Positions 31,238 through 39,418 of a stretch of DNA of 64,000 nucleotides are shown piece after piece. The notes beneath the pieces were generated by a model. That model was not told the origin of the DNA. It made no database searches and saw only the letters and a program-made list of their open reading frames with translations. Both the position numbers and the translations under genes were made by a program. The DNA lies in contig NZ_CAKZMP010000156.1 in the NCBI RefSeq assembly GCF_937128705.1, positions 1,906-65,905 of the forward strand, in the 5' to 3' direction. The stretch's first letter is position 1; each line of letters opens with the position of its first letter. The stretch is from an uncultured Kiloniella sp. GTDB taxonomy: Bacteria; Pseudomonadota; Alphaproteobacteria; Kiloniellales; Kiloniellaceae.

Positions 31238-31540
31238 ATGAAATATTGTATAGCCCTTATCTTTGTTTTTATCAGCGGCACTGCTTTTTCGACTGAAATC
31301 AAGACAGGAAATCAACTTTATCAAGCCTGTAAAACTGAACAAAAAGGCTGTGATACACACATACGGGCAGTTTACGATACTCTTGAATACAGAGAGTTAA
31401 TGTGTCCGCCCGACAACATCACAAACAAAGAAGTAAAAGACATTATAGTCCAAGAACTTCAAGAAAACCCCCAAACCCGGCACAAGCCATCAATTGACCT
31501 AATTATGGTTTGGCTCCTAAAACGTTGGCCTTGCACATAG
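31238..31540 (+). CDS. Rap1a/Tai4-family immunity-like exported protein
   Basis: Signal peptide MKYCIALIFVFISGTAFS, then TGNQLYQAC...C..HIRAVYD...MCPP.NIT...NPQTRH...WPC, matching the four-Cys Rap1a pattern; likely ATG at 31238. Confidence 0.75.
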   Translation: MKYCIALIFVFISGTAFSTEIKTGNQLYQACKTEQKGCDTHIRAVYDTLEYRELMCPPDNITNKEVKDIIVQELQENPQTRHKPSIDLIMVWLLKRWPCT

Positions 31541-31614
31541 GTATAACGGGGTGAGAGAAAAGTATCCCTAGTTTTTTTATCTTAAATAAAATCAAAATCT
31601 TACCCAGGCAAAAA

Positions 31615-31650
31615 AGAGGCAGAAAGACAATAATAGATCTTTCTGCCTCT
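31615..31650 (-). terminator. Intrinsic terminator between the convergent Rap1a and lipoprotein genes
   Basis: 13-bp perfect stem agaggcagaaaga / tctttctgcctct, 10-nt loop, T-run on the minus strand. Confidence 0.75.
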
Positions 31651-31699
31651 CGTTGTATTAAGACCCTGAAGGGCCTTTTATCACAAAAAGAAATAGCCT

Positions 31700-32320
31700 T
31701 TACTTCACGGCTGTAATTTTATCATTTATTGCATACAACACACATTCGTTATTAGAGGATTTGGCTTTACATATTTCAAGCGCAGTTAACTTCAATTTAT
31801 TATAAGGAGCCACTTCCTGTGATCTGGCCCGCGCTGTTGTTCCATCTTTGCTAATCGCAAAGGCAAGATTAACATCATCATTTTTGATACTAACCAAATC
31901 TAAATATCTGCCAAATGCAGTTTTTTGCCCGGAAGTAATTTCAAATTTCTTAGGATCGTAAAGATCTACCTTGATTTCTTCTTCTGGCTTGGTCTTTTTT
32001 TCCCAAACAATTTTGCCGCCAATATCATAAATCTTACAAGGCTTTCCATTTGAATGCTCTTCACAAACCTTGATGGCTTTCGGCATAGATTGTAACCTCG
32101 AACCGCGACATTGAATTTCACGACAATAATACCATCCCCAACTGGTGCTTACGTCTTTTGTCACCGCAAACGCACGCGGATTAGAGTTTAAATATTTTTC
32201 ATACGATTTTTGTGCACTAGAGCTCAACATAATTGGCCCGGAGCCAACTAAAGAAGATGTCGTCGCCCCCTTACACCCCATGGTAAACAGTACCAAACAT
32301 AATACGATCAGTCGTCTCAT
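31700..32320 (-). CDS. Hypothetical lipoprotein with two tandem Cys-paired repeats
   Basis: Lipobox-like FTMGC (Cys16); repeats at aa ~32-106 and ~128-204, each with AFA(V/I)xKD and A(I/L)xxC-x8-CxxY. Confidence 0.7.
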   Translation of the reverse strand: MRRLIVLCLVLFTMGCKGATTSSLVGSGPIMLSSSAQKSYEKYLNSNPRAFAVTKDVSTSWGWYYCREIQCRGSRLQSMPKAIKVCEEHSNGKPCKIYDIGGKIVWEKKTKPEEEIKVDLYDPKKFEITSGQKTAFGRYLDLVSIKNDDVNLAFAISKDGTTARARSQEVAPYNKLKLTALEICKAKSSNNECVLYAINDKITAVK

Positions 32321-32593
32321 AAATATTCCCCCAGTTTTAAGCTGAATTCGAAGCTTGAAATGTCCTCAAAATATACCCTTTCCTTTACAGATAACAAGCA
32401 AACCAAACAACCCAAAAGAGAAAAATATTATAGCAAAACGTCTTTTACGATGACAAATTCATTATGTAGAGTACGGCTAAATAACATTTTTACACTGATT
32501 ACGATAAATTCAATTTTGCAATTTATCCCGAGAGTTATATAAAGATAAAAATTTATTAACTATAATTTCAGGCTAATGATCCGCGACAGACAT

Positions 32594-33547
32594 ATGGCAC
32601 TCAAACTATTCAGAAGCTCAGCATTGGCTTTATCCATGGCGTTTTACATCGCCCCAACGATATCTTTTGCTGATGGTATTCTTTTCGCCAGAACAGCACA
32701 GGAAGCACAGGATAATGGCAATCTGGAACTCGCTATAGAATATTACACGCAGGCTTTGAATGAAGGTGATCTGTCAAAAAAACATCAAGCTTATGTCCTA
32801 AACAACCGCGGCACTCTTTTTCAGGACCTAAACCTACCTATCGAAGCAGAACAAGATTTTATTCAGTCTATAGAACGCTTACCAACCTATGGGGATGCTT
32901 ACTTTAACCTAACCTCTCTCTACCTCGTTCAAAACAAAAATGACGAAGCTCTATCTTGGTTAAACAAAGCTCTGATTGAAATCCCCGAGGACGCTGAGCT
33001 TTTGTTAAAAAGAGGCACTCTCTACCGGGAACAAAACGAAATTGAAGCCGCTCTTCAGGATGTCTCTCAAGCCGTATTAATAAAACCAGAGTTGGGGAAA
33101 ATTTTAATCAACGAGAGTAACGTCTATCTCGGCACCTATATAGATTATGCAACAATAGATCATTTTATTACGATTTTATCAGAAGAACCGCCGTCGTTAG
33201 ATGCCTACATTAAACGCGCGAAGGCCTATCTCAGCACAGGATTTCTTGAGCAAGCTTTGGCAGATGCCGAATACGTTATAGAGTTAGAGCCAAAATCGTT
33301 TGATGCTTACCAAGCAAAAGCAATTATTCTCTTTTCACAAGGCGCCTACGATAAGGCCATTCGCGCTTTTGATCTTGCCCTACATTACGCCCCGAATAAT
33401 CCTGAAATTTTTTATAACCGGGGGCGCCTATACAAAAGTCTCGGCGATAACAATAACGCCTCTTTTGACTTTCAAATGGCTTACAGCATCAACAGGCAGG
33501 AAAAAAAGTACCGGAGAGAACTCAAAGAACTTGGTCTCGTTAAATAG
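32594..33547 (+). CDS. Exported tetratricopeptide repeat protein
   Basis: Signal peptide ending ISFA; repeated TPR patterns (AIEYYTQAL, YVLNNRG, DAYFNL, LLLKRG, AYIKRAKAY, IFYNRG). Confidence 0.85.
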   Translation: MALKLFRSSALALSMAFYIAPTISFADGILFARTAQEAQDNGNLELAIEYYTQALNEGDLSKKHQAYVLNNRGTLFQDLNLPIEAEQDFIQSIERLPTYGDAYFNLTSLYLVQNKNDEALSWLNKALIEIPEDAELLLKRGTLYREQNEIEAALQDVSQAVLIKPELGKILINESNVYLGTYIDYATIDHFITILSEEPPSLDAYIKRAKAYLSTGFLEQALADAEYVIELEPKSFDAYQAKAIILFSQGAYDKAIRAFDLALHYAPNNPEIFYNRGRLYKSLGDNNNASFDFQMAYSINRQEKKYRRELKELGLVK

Positions 33548-33604
33548 TCTGCTCGCGATTAGAAGTTTGTACGATAAATTGAATTAACCCGTCAGAAAAA
33601 TTAA

Positions 33605-34204
33605 TCAGCGGCTATTATTTTGATCGAAAAGTTTGGCGATACGCCTTTGTTGGGTGACGCTAAGTGATGGCCAGATTTTATCCATATTTTCTTTAGCTTC
33701 TTTAGCCCCCGCCAAATATGCCCGTCCGTACCAAATATACGCAGCTTCGTTCGGATCTAGTTCTTTTTTGGTTTTAGGCATCATGCCCTGAACATACATC
33801 CAAGCCAATAACTCCATGGCTTCTTTATCGCCTGAATTGGCCTGTTTACTGATCGTGATCAGGTCCTGCTTGTATAGCTTCCCACCTTGAACATTTCTTG
33901 CGGCACCTACTCTATTTTCCAGCACTTTCGCCGCCTTTAGCATTCTTTCTGCTTCGGCTTTTTTATTATCCTCTAGCGTATCACGATATGTAGTGTAGGA
34001 TTTATCTATATCGATTTCTTCTGGTAGGTCTGAACACCAATCCGGCGGTGTATAATCCGCACCACATTGATCCCAGTTTTCTAACTGCGAAGATTTATCC
34101 CAATTTTTATAACCTGACTTTTCGGATGCATTTACGTTCCCGGCATACGCAAAAAACAAAAGCGCGAGGGACAATAACCTTATAAAATGGGTACGAATCT
34201 TCAT
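33605..34204 (-). CDS. Exported Sel1-repeat protein
   Basis: Signal peptide ending NVNA; Sel1-like ANSGDKEAMELLAWMYVQG...AAYIWYGRAYLAG followed by a typical capping helix; start uncertain (34204, 34216 or 34303). Confidence 0.7.
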   Translation of the reverse strand: MKIRTHFIRLLSLALLFFAYAGNVNASEKSGYKNWDKSSQLENWDQCGADYTPPDWCSDLPEEIDIDKSYTTYRDTLEDNKKAEAERMLKAAKVLENRVGAARNVQGGKLYKQDLITISKQANSGDKEAMELLAWMYVQGMMPKTKKELDPNEAAYIWYGRAYLAGAKEAKENMDKIWPSLSVTQQRRIAKLFDQNNSR

Positions 34205-34396
34205 CACATATAACATAGTTGTTAATTTTATCAGAACCAAAGCTAAGATATTGTAAACGAGAAACAGTTTATACCCAAGCAGTCGCAGAACACAAAAAAA
34301 CAATAAGTTTTCGTCTTGGTTCTATGGTACTTCTTGATTAAGGGTACTCCCAGATTTCCTGATCTTTAGCGTCAGGTCCGCAATATGGAAGCTTGA

Positions 34397-35731
34397 ATGA
34401 AAGAAGATAATGATCACAAACTTGATCGTGTAAACCAGATTTGGGTAGACGAAGCGGCTGTTTCTCATCGTAACTATCTGGACGGACGCGTCGGCGGAGC
34501 GCGATTATTCCTTTCTTTTAAAGATGCGAGAAAACTTAACTTTTCCAATCTTCAGCTAGACACAGCTGAAATGGTCGGTGCCGATTTGGTCAATACAGAT
34601 TTCACCAAAACCAAAATGGAACGGGTCAACCTTTTTGGCGCCGACTTATCCGACGCGGTTATGAGAGAATGCTCACTACGAAAAAGTGACCTACGCGGTG
34701 TTTGCCTTGAGAATGCCGACCTAGAAAACGCGACACTATCCGGAGCAGATATTCGAAATGGCTTTATACTTATCAGAAAACCAGATGGTACCTATGTTCC
34801 GGTAAAACATGACGAAGCGTCTAATTTTGATGGTATTAACCTGAAAGATGCTGATCTTAGTGATGCCAAGCTTGGCCGAGTCATAGGCCGCAGGACAAAC
34901 TTGACCAATGTAAATTTCAAGAATGCAGATCTGTCCGGGGCGGTAATGGCGAATTCTGACGTCAGTGGGTCCATCTTTACAGGTGCAGATTTAACCGATG
35001 CAGATTTTAGCGGCTGCGTATTCCATGGCGCAAACTTAAGCGGCGCCCTATTGAATAACACCAATATGGAAGGTGCTGACCTAACCGCTGCCCATTTCAG
35101 TAACAGCGACATGACCTACGCCAATACTCATCAGGCCAGTCTGCCCAGAAGCATCGACGATCTTGATCGATCAATACGGGATATCCTCGAAGATCATCTC
35201 GTGTGGATCAATTCTCTTGGTCGAAAAGGAAAACAAGCAATTTTAACGGAGTATGATCTGCAAGCCAATGATCTGGCAGGTATCAATCTTCAGGCCGCAG
35301 AGCTTTCCTTAACCAACCTGTCCAACTGTACGTTCCTCGCCAGTCGTCTTAATATGGCCAATATGTCTGGTGTTATGGCCTTGAACTCTGACTTTAGTGA
35401 TGCAGATCTTCGTGGCGTGAAATTGGAAAAAGCAAATCTGACCGGAGCAAGCCTTCGACACTGCCGCCTCTCCCCCATGATGATCTTAGGTACGCAAGGC
35501 AACTCTGTATCTGCAAACCTTAAAAACTGCTGTCTTGATCAAACAGACCTTGAGAGCGCGAACCTGCGTTATGCAAATTTAACTGGTGCCCGGGTTCGCT
35601 TTGCCAATCTCGCCAACGCTGATCTTTCAAATGCTAAATGTGTCGATGTTGACTTTACTGGGGCAGATTTGCGAAGTGCGAACCTTGAAAATGCCGACTT
35701 ACGTGGGTGCAAAGGCTTAATACTGGAATAA
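34397..35731 (+). CDS. Pentapeptide repeat protein, two blocks
   Basis: Long A(D/N)LxxA(D/N)L-type repeat runs throughout 444 aa. Confidence 0.92.
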   Translation: MKEDNDHKLDRVNQIWVDEAAVSHRNYLDGRVGGARLFLSFKDARKLNFSNLQLDTAEMVGADLVNTDFTKTKMERVNLFGADLSDAVMRECSLRKSDLRGVCLENADLENATLSGADIRNGFILIRKPDGTYVPVKHDEASNFDGINLKDADLSDAKLGRVIGRRTNLTNVNFKNADLSGAVMANSDVSGSIFTGADLTDADFSGCVFHGANLSGALLNNTNMEGADLTAAHFSNSDMTYANTHQASLPRSIDDLDRSIRDILEDHLVWINSLGRKGKQAILTEYDLQANDLAGINLQAAELSLTNLSNCTFLASRLNMANMSGVMALNSDFSDADLRGVKLEKANLTGASLRHCRLSPMMILGTQGNSVSANLKNCCLDQTDLESANLRYANLTGARVRFANLANADLSNAKCVDVDFTGADLRSANLENADLRGCKGLILE

Positions 35732-35808
35732 ACACACTTGCTTTTTGTACTATAATCTAAACCACATTTTCTATTGTAATTTACAATCAAGGCCCCTAAT
35801 TTCTCATC

Positions 35809-36459
35809 ATGGATAAAACAGCGTATAAAATCGGCGAATTGAACGAATCTGGCCAAGTGGAAGTTATTGAGAAAGCGACCTCATTTAAAGGTTATTTCCA
35901 AGTTGACACCTACCGCTTTCGTCACTCTCTATTCAAAGGGGGCCTCTCTCAGGAAGTTCAGCGGGAAATTTTTGAACGCGGTCACGCAGCTGCGGTGCTT
36001 CCCTTTGATCATAAATCAGGCGAAATTATTCTGATCGAGCAGTTTCGTCCCGGTGCCTTTGCAGCTTCTCAGGCCCCGTGGCTTTTAGAGGTTGTAGCTG
36101 GAATTATCGAAGAGAATGAAAACCCGGAAGAATTAAGTCACCGTGAAGCCATGGAAGAAGCCGGTTGCACATTAGGACGCTTGAAAAAAATCGGAACCTT
36201 TCTAATGACACCCGGGGGAAGCTCGGAAACGATTACTTTATTTTGTGGTGAAATTCTGGATCACAAGAAACAAGATTCTTATGGGCTAGACCATGAAGGT
36301 GAAGACATACGCACACATACAATGAAAGCCGAACAAGGTTTTAGGCTTATGTCTGAAGGAAAAATTACCAATGCGATTACAGCAATAGCACTTCAATGGT
36401 TGGAATTAAATCAGACAGCGCTTACATCTGTATGGTCTAATGAAACGAATAATGGCTAA
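35809..36459 (+). CDS. nudF: ADP-ribose pyrophosphatase (Nudix)
   Basis: REIFERGHAAAVLPFD, LIEQFR, Nudix box AGIIEENENPEELSHREAMEEAG, GLDHEGEDIR. Confidence 0.9.
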   Translation: MDKTAYKIGELNESGQVEVIEKATSFKGYFQVDTYRFRHSLFKGGLSQEVQREIFERGHAAAVLPFDHKSGEIILIEQFRPGAFAASQAPWLLEVVAGIIEENENPEELSHREAMEEAGCTLGRLKKIGTFLMTPGGSSETITLFCGEILDHKKQDSYGLDHEGEDIRTHTMKAEQGFRLMSEGKITNAITAIALQWLELNQTALTSVWSNETNNG

Positions 36460-36533
36460 CCTCTAAAAAATACCTACCCGCTGAAGTAAGCAACAGAAAA
36501 TACGAATTCAACTTATACCTACGGACGACAAAA

Positions 36534-37535
36534 ATGGATATTCGCGACGGATTTATTGACAGCATTGGCAACACGCCTCTTATTCGCCTAAAACGGGCGT
36601 CAGAGGAAACAGGTTGTGAAATCCTTGGAAAAGCCGAGTTCCTGAACCCTGGCGGATCAATCAAGGACAGAGCAGCATGGGCAATTGTTAAAGATGCCGA
36701 AGAAAAAGGCATCCTAAAGCCCGGCGGCGTTATTGTCGAAGGCACAGCCGGGAATACCGGTATTGGCCTAGCTCTTGTCGCACGTGCGCGTGGGTACCGT
36801 TGCGCCATTGTTATTCCGGAAACGCAGTCACAAGAGAAAAAAGATATGTTGCGCCTCTGCGGTGCGGAACTCTACGAAGTACCTGCGGCGCCCTACAAAG
36901 ACCCGAACAACTACGTTCATTACTCGCAAAGACTGGCACAGGAACTTGCTGGACAGGAACCAAACGGTGTTATCTGGGCGAATCAGTTTGATAATGTTGC
37001 CAACCGTCAGGGGCATATTGAAACCACTGCCCAAGAAATCTGGAAACAAACCGACGGCAAAGTCGATGGCTATGTCAGTGCAGTTGGTACCGGTGGAACA
37101 CTAGCCGGGGTTTCAATGGGACTGAAAGAGCACAACAAAAACATTCAAATCGCCTTGGCTGACCCTCATGGTGCGGCGCTCTATAGCTATTACAAACATG
37201 GCGAGCTGAAATCAGAAGGATCTTCCATTACCGAAGGCATCGGTCAAGGACGTATCACTGCCAACCTGAAAGGTGCTGTGATTGACGAGGCATTCCGTAT
37301 TAGTGATGAAACAGCGATTCCTTTGGTATTCAACCTCTTTGAGGAAGAAGCACTCTGCCTTGGTGGCTCCAGCGGTGTAAACATTGCTGGCGCAATCGAA
37401 CTCGCCAAGAAAATGGGCCCGGGCCACACCATCGTCACCATGCTTTGTGATGCTGGAACGCGTTACACCAGCAAGCTATATAACCCAGAATTCCTGAAAG
37501 AACGCGGCCTCCCCGTCCCCAAATGGGTTGCCTAA
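36534..37535 (+). CDS. cysK: Cysteine synthase A (PLP-dependent)
   Basis: IGNTPLIRL, PLP lysine in NPGGSIKDRAA, EGTAGNTGIG, GTGGT, EGIGQGR. Confidence 0.92.
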   Translation: MDIRDGFIDSIGNTPLIRLKRASEETGCEILGKAEFLNPGGSIKDRAAWAIVKDAEEKGILKPGGVIVEGTAGNTGIGLALVARARGYRCAIVIPETQSQEKKDMLRLCGAELYEVPAAPYKDPNNYVHYSQRLAQELAGQEPNGVIWANQFDNVANRQGHIETTAQEIWKQTDGKVDGYVSAVGTGGTLAGVSMGLKEHNKNIQIALADPHGAALYSYYKHGELKSEGSSITEGIGQGRITANLKGAVIDEAFRISDETAIPLVFNLFEEEALCLGGSSGVNIAGAIELAKKMGPGHTIVTMLCDAGTRYTSKLYNPEFLKERGLPVPKWVA

Positions 37536-37561
37536 AACTCTCAAGATCAACAAATTTCCAC

Positions 37562-37594
37562 CATTAAAGGCCGCTCATTGAGCGGCCTTTAATG
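37562..37594. terminator. Hairpin after cysK
   Basis: Perfect inverted repeat cattaaaggccgctca-t-tgagcggcctttaatg. Confidence 0.7.
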
Positions 37595-37709
37595 TATCAG
37601 GACAATATTTTTAATAATTTACTCGCTAAAAACTACACCTTGGCTTAAGCGCATGATAACTTTGTGCGAAATAAAAAAGACAACCTGCCGAATTCCTTCG
37701 AGGTACCCA

Positions 37710-38420
37710 ATGGACTTACTGTTTTATAAAGATGCTTATCAAAAATCCTGCGACGCAACTGTAACCTATTCTGAAAAGGGTCAAGTCCGCCTGGATCAAA
37801 CGTTATTTTATCCAACAGGCGGTGGACAACCCGGAGACAGCGGTTGGTTAGAGCTTTCTGACGGCACAAAAAGTAAAATTATCGAAGCCAAAAAAGGTAC
37901 AAATCACGAAGATGTTATATTGCACCTTGAAGAAGGTGCCAATGCTCCACAAGCTGGTGATAAGGTAACTGCCTGTTTGGATTGGGAGCGCCGTTATGCT
38001 CACATGAAAATCCATTCCTGTCTGCACCTGCTGTGTGCCTCTGTCATCGGTGACGTGACTGGCGGCCAGATCAGTGACGTTAAAGGTCGCTTGGATTTTA
38101 ACTTGCCCGACACGGCAATTGACAAAGCCGCACTTGAAGAGAAAATCAATCAACTTATTTCAGAGAACCACCCGATAACGCAGGACTGGATTTCAGATGA
38201 AGAACTGGATAACAATCCGTCTATGGTTCGGACGATGTCCGTCAAACCACCGCGTGGATCAGGCAAAATACGCTTGGTGAAAATTGGTGAAGATGTTGAC
38301 CTGCAACCCTGTGGCGGAACACATGTAAAATCAACGGGTGAAATTGGCCCAATCAAAATTGGCAAGGTTGAAAACAAAGGCAAACAGAACCGCCGTATCA
38401 GCCTGACATTTGCATCATAA
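37710..38420 (+). CDS. alaX: Alanyl-tRNA editing protein AlaX
   Basis: DQTLFYPTGGGQPGD, HxxxH (HSCLH) and CxxxH (CGGTH) zinc motifs; likely ATG at 37710. Confidence 0.92.
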   Translation: MDLLFYKDAYQKSCDATVTYSEKGQVRLDQTLFYPTGGGQPGDSGWLELSDGTKSKIIEAKKGTNHEDVILHLEEGANAPQAGDKVTACLDWERRYAHMKIHSCLHLLCASVIGDVTGGQISDVKGRLDFNLPDTAIDKAALEEKINQLISENHPITQDWISDEELDNNPSMVRTMSVKPPRGSGKIRLVKIGEDVDLQPCGGTHVKSTGEIGPIKIGKVENKGKQNRRISLTFAS

Positions 38421-38438
38421 TACAGAAAAAATACTGCC

Positions 38439-39302
38439 TTGGGGGACACTACCTTGTCTGAAAAATTTAATTCTGTCGTATCAACACAGTGGCTCGCAGA
38501 CCATCTAGATGCCCCAGACGTCAGGGTTGTTGATGGCACTTATTATCTGCCTAATGAAAACAAAGATGCACGCGCTCTATACGAAGAAGCGCATATTCAT
38601 AACGCGGTTTTCTTTGATATCGACGAAATTTCCGACAACGAAAATCCCCTCCCCCATATGATCCCAAGCGATATCAAGTTCGCATCCAAAGTGAGAAAAT
38701 TAGGTCTTGGGGACGGTAATAGAATTGTTGTGTACGATCAGCGTGGTCTATTTTCAGCTGCGCGTGTCTGGTGGATGTTTCGACTATTTGGGCACAAGGA
38801 TGTCGCAGTATTGGACGGAGGTCTTCCGAAATGGCGATTAGAACATCGCCCTGTAGATGATGACACCGTTCACCCCGGTGAACGACACTTTACCCCCCGT
38901 TTCAACAGCTTTCTTATTCGCGACAAAGAACAACTTCTTCGCAATATTGAAACCGGAAAAGAACAGGTTCTAGATGCAAGAGCAAGTGGACGGTTTAAAG
39001 GGGAAGTGCCTGAACCGCGCGCGGGTATTCGCTCGGGCCATATTCCTGATTCGTACAATCTTCCTTTCACAAATCTCTTTAAAGAAGACGGCACCTTAAA
39101 AGAAACTCAAGAAATTAAAAGCGCATTTGAGGAAGCGGGAATTGATTACAACAAGCCTGTCGTTACATCTTGTGGCTCCGGCGTTACTGCGGCGGTATTG
39201 AGCCTTGGCTTGGAGTTGACGGGACATAAAAAAGCATCGTTATACGATGGATCTTGGTCCGAATGGGGACAGGAAGGTAATACACCTATTGTAACCGGAT
39301 AA
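38439..39302 (+). CDS. sseA: 3-mercaptopyruvate sulfurtransferase
   Basis: Two rhodanese domains, VVSTQWLADHL, SAARVWW, active-site CGSGVTA, LYDGSWSEW. Confidence 0.94.
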   Translation: MGDTTLSEKFNSVVSTQWLADHLDAPDVRVVDGTYYLPNENKDARALYEEAHIHNAVFFDIDEISDNENPLPHMIPSDIKFASKVRKLGLGDGNRIVVYDQRGLFSAARVWWMFRLFGHKDVAVLDGGLPKWRLEHRPVDDDTVHPGERHFTPRFNSFLIRDKEQLLRNIETGKEQVLDARASGRFKGEVPEPRAGIRSGHIPDSYNLPFTNLFKEDGTLKETQEIKSAFEEAGIDYNKPVVTSCGSGVTAAVLSLGLELTGHKKASLYDGSWSEWGQEGNTPIVTG

Positions 39303-39418
39303 CTCATCTAATTATTGAAAGACCTATCGCTTATTGTTGTTTTTAAAGCTTCCGAACCATTAAATTTCAGTACGCCAAGAGCTGGACCATAAAATCAGTA
39401 TTAAAATAAAACTATAAG

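Noticed and set aside
30383-34400. Prophage or ICE integrated at tRNA-Cys or tRNA-Asn
   Set aside because: No integrase, phage or conjugation gene and no duplicated tRNA 3' end (att site) was visible in the window
23235-37594. GGCCGC/GCCGC-cored hairpins (23235, 24043, 37562) as a REP or MITE family
   Set aside because: Only a short GC core is shared; loops and flanks differ, and each sits where a terminator is expected
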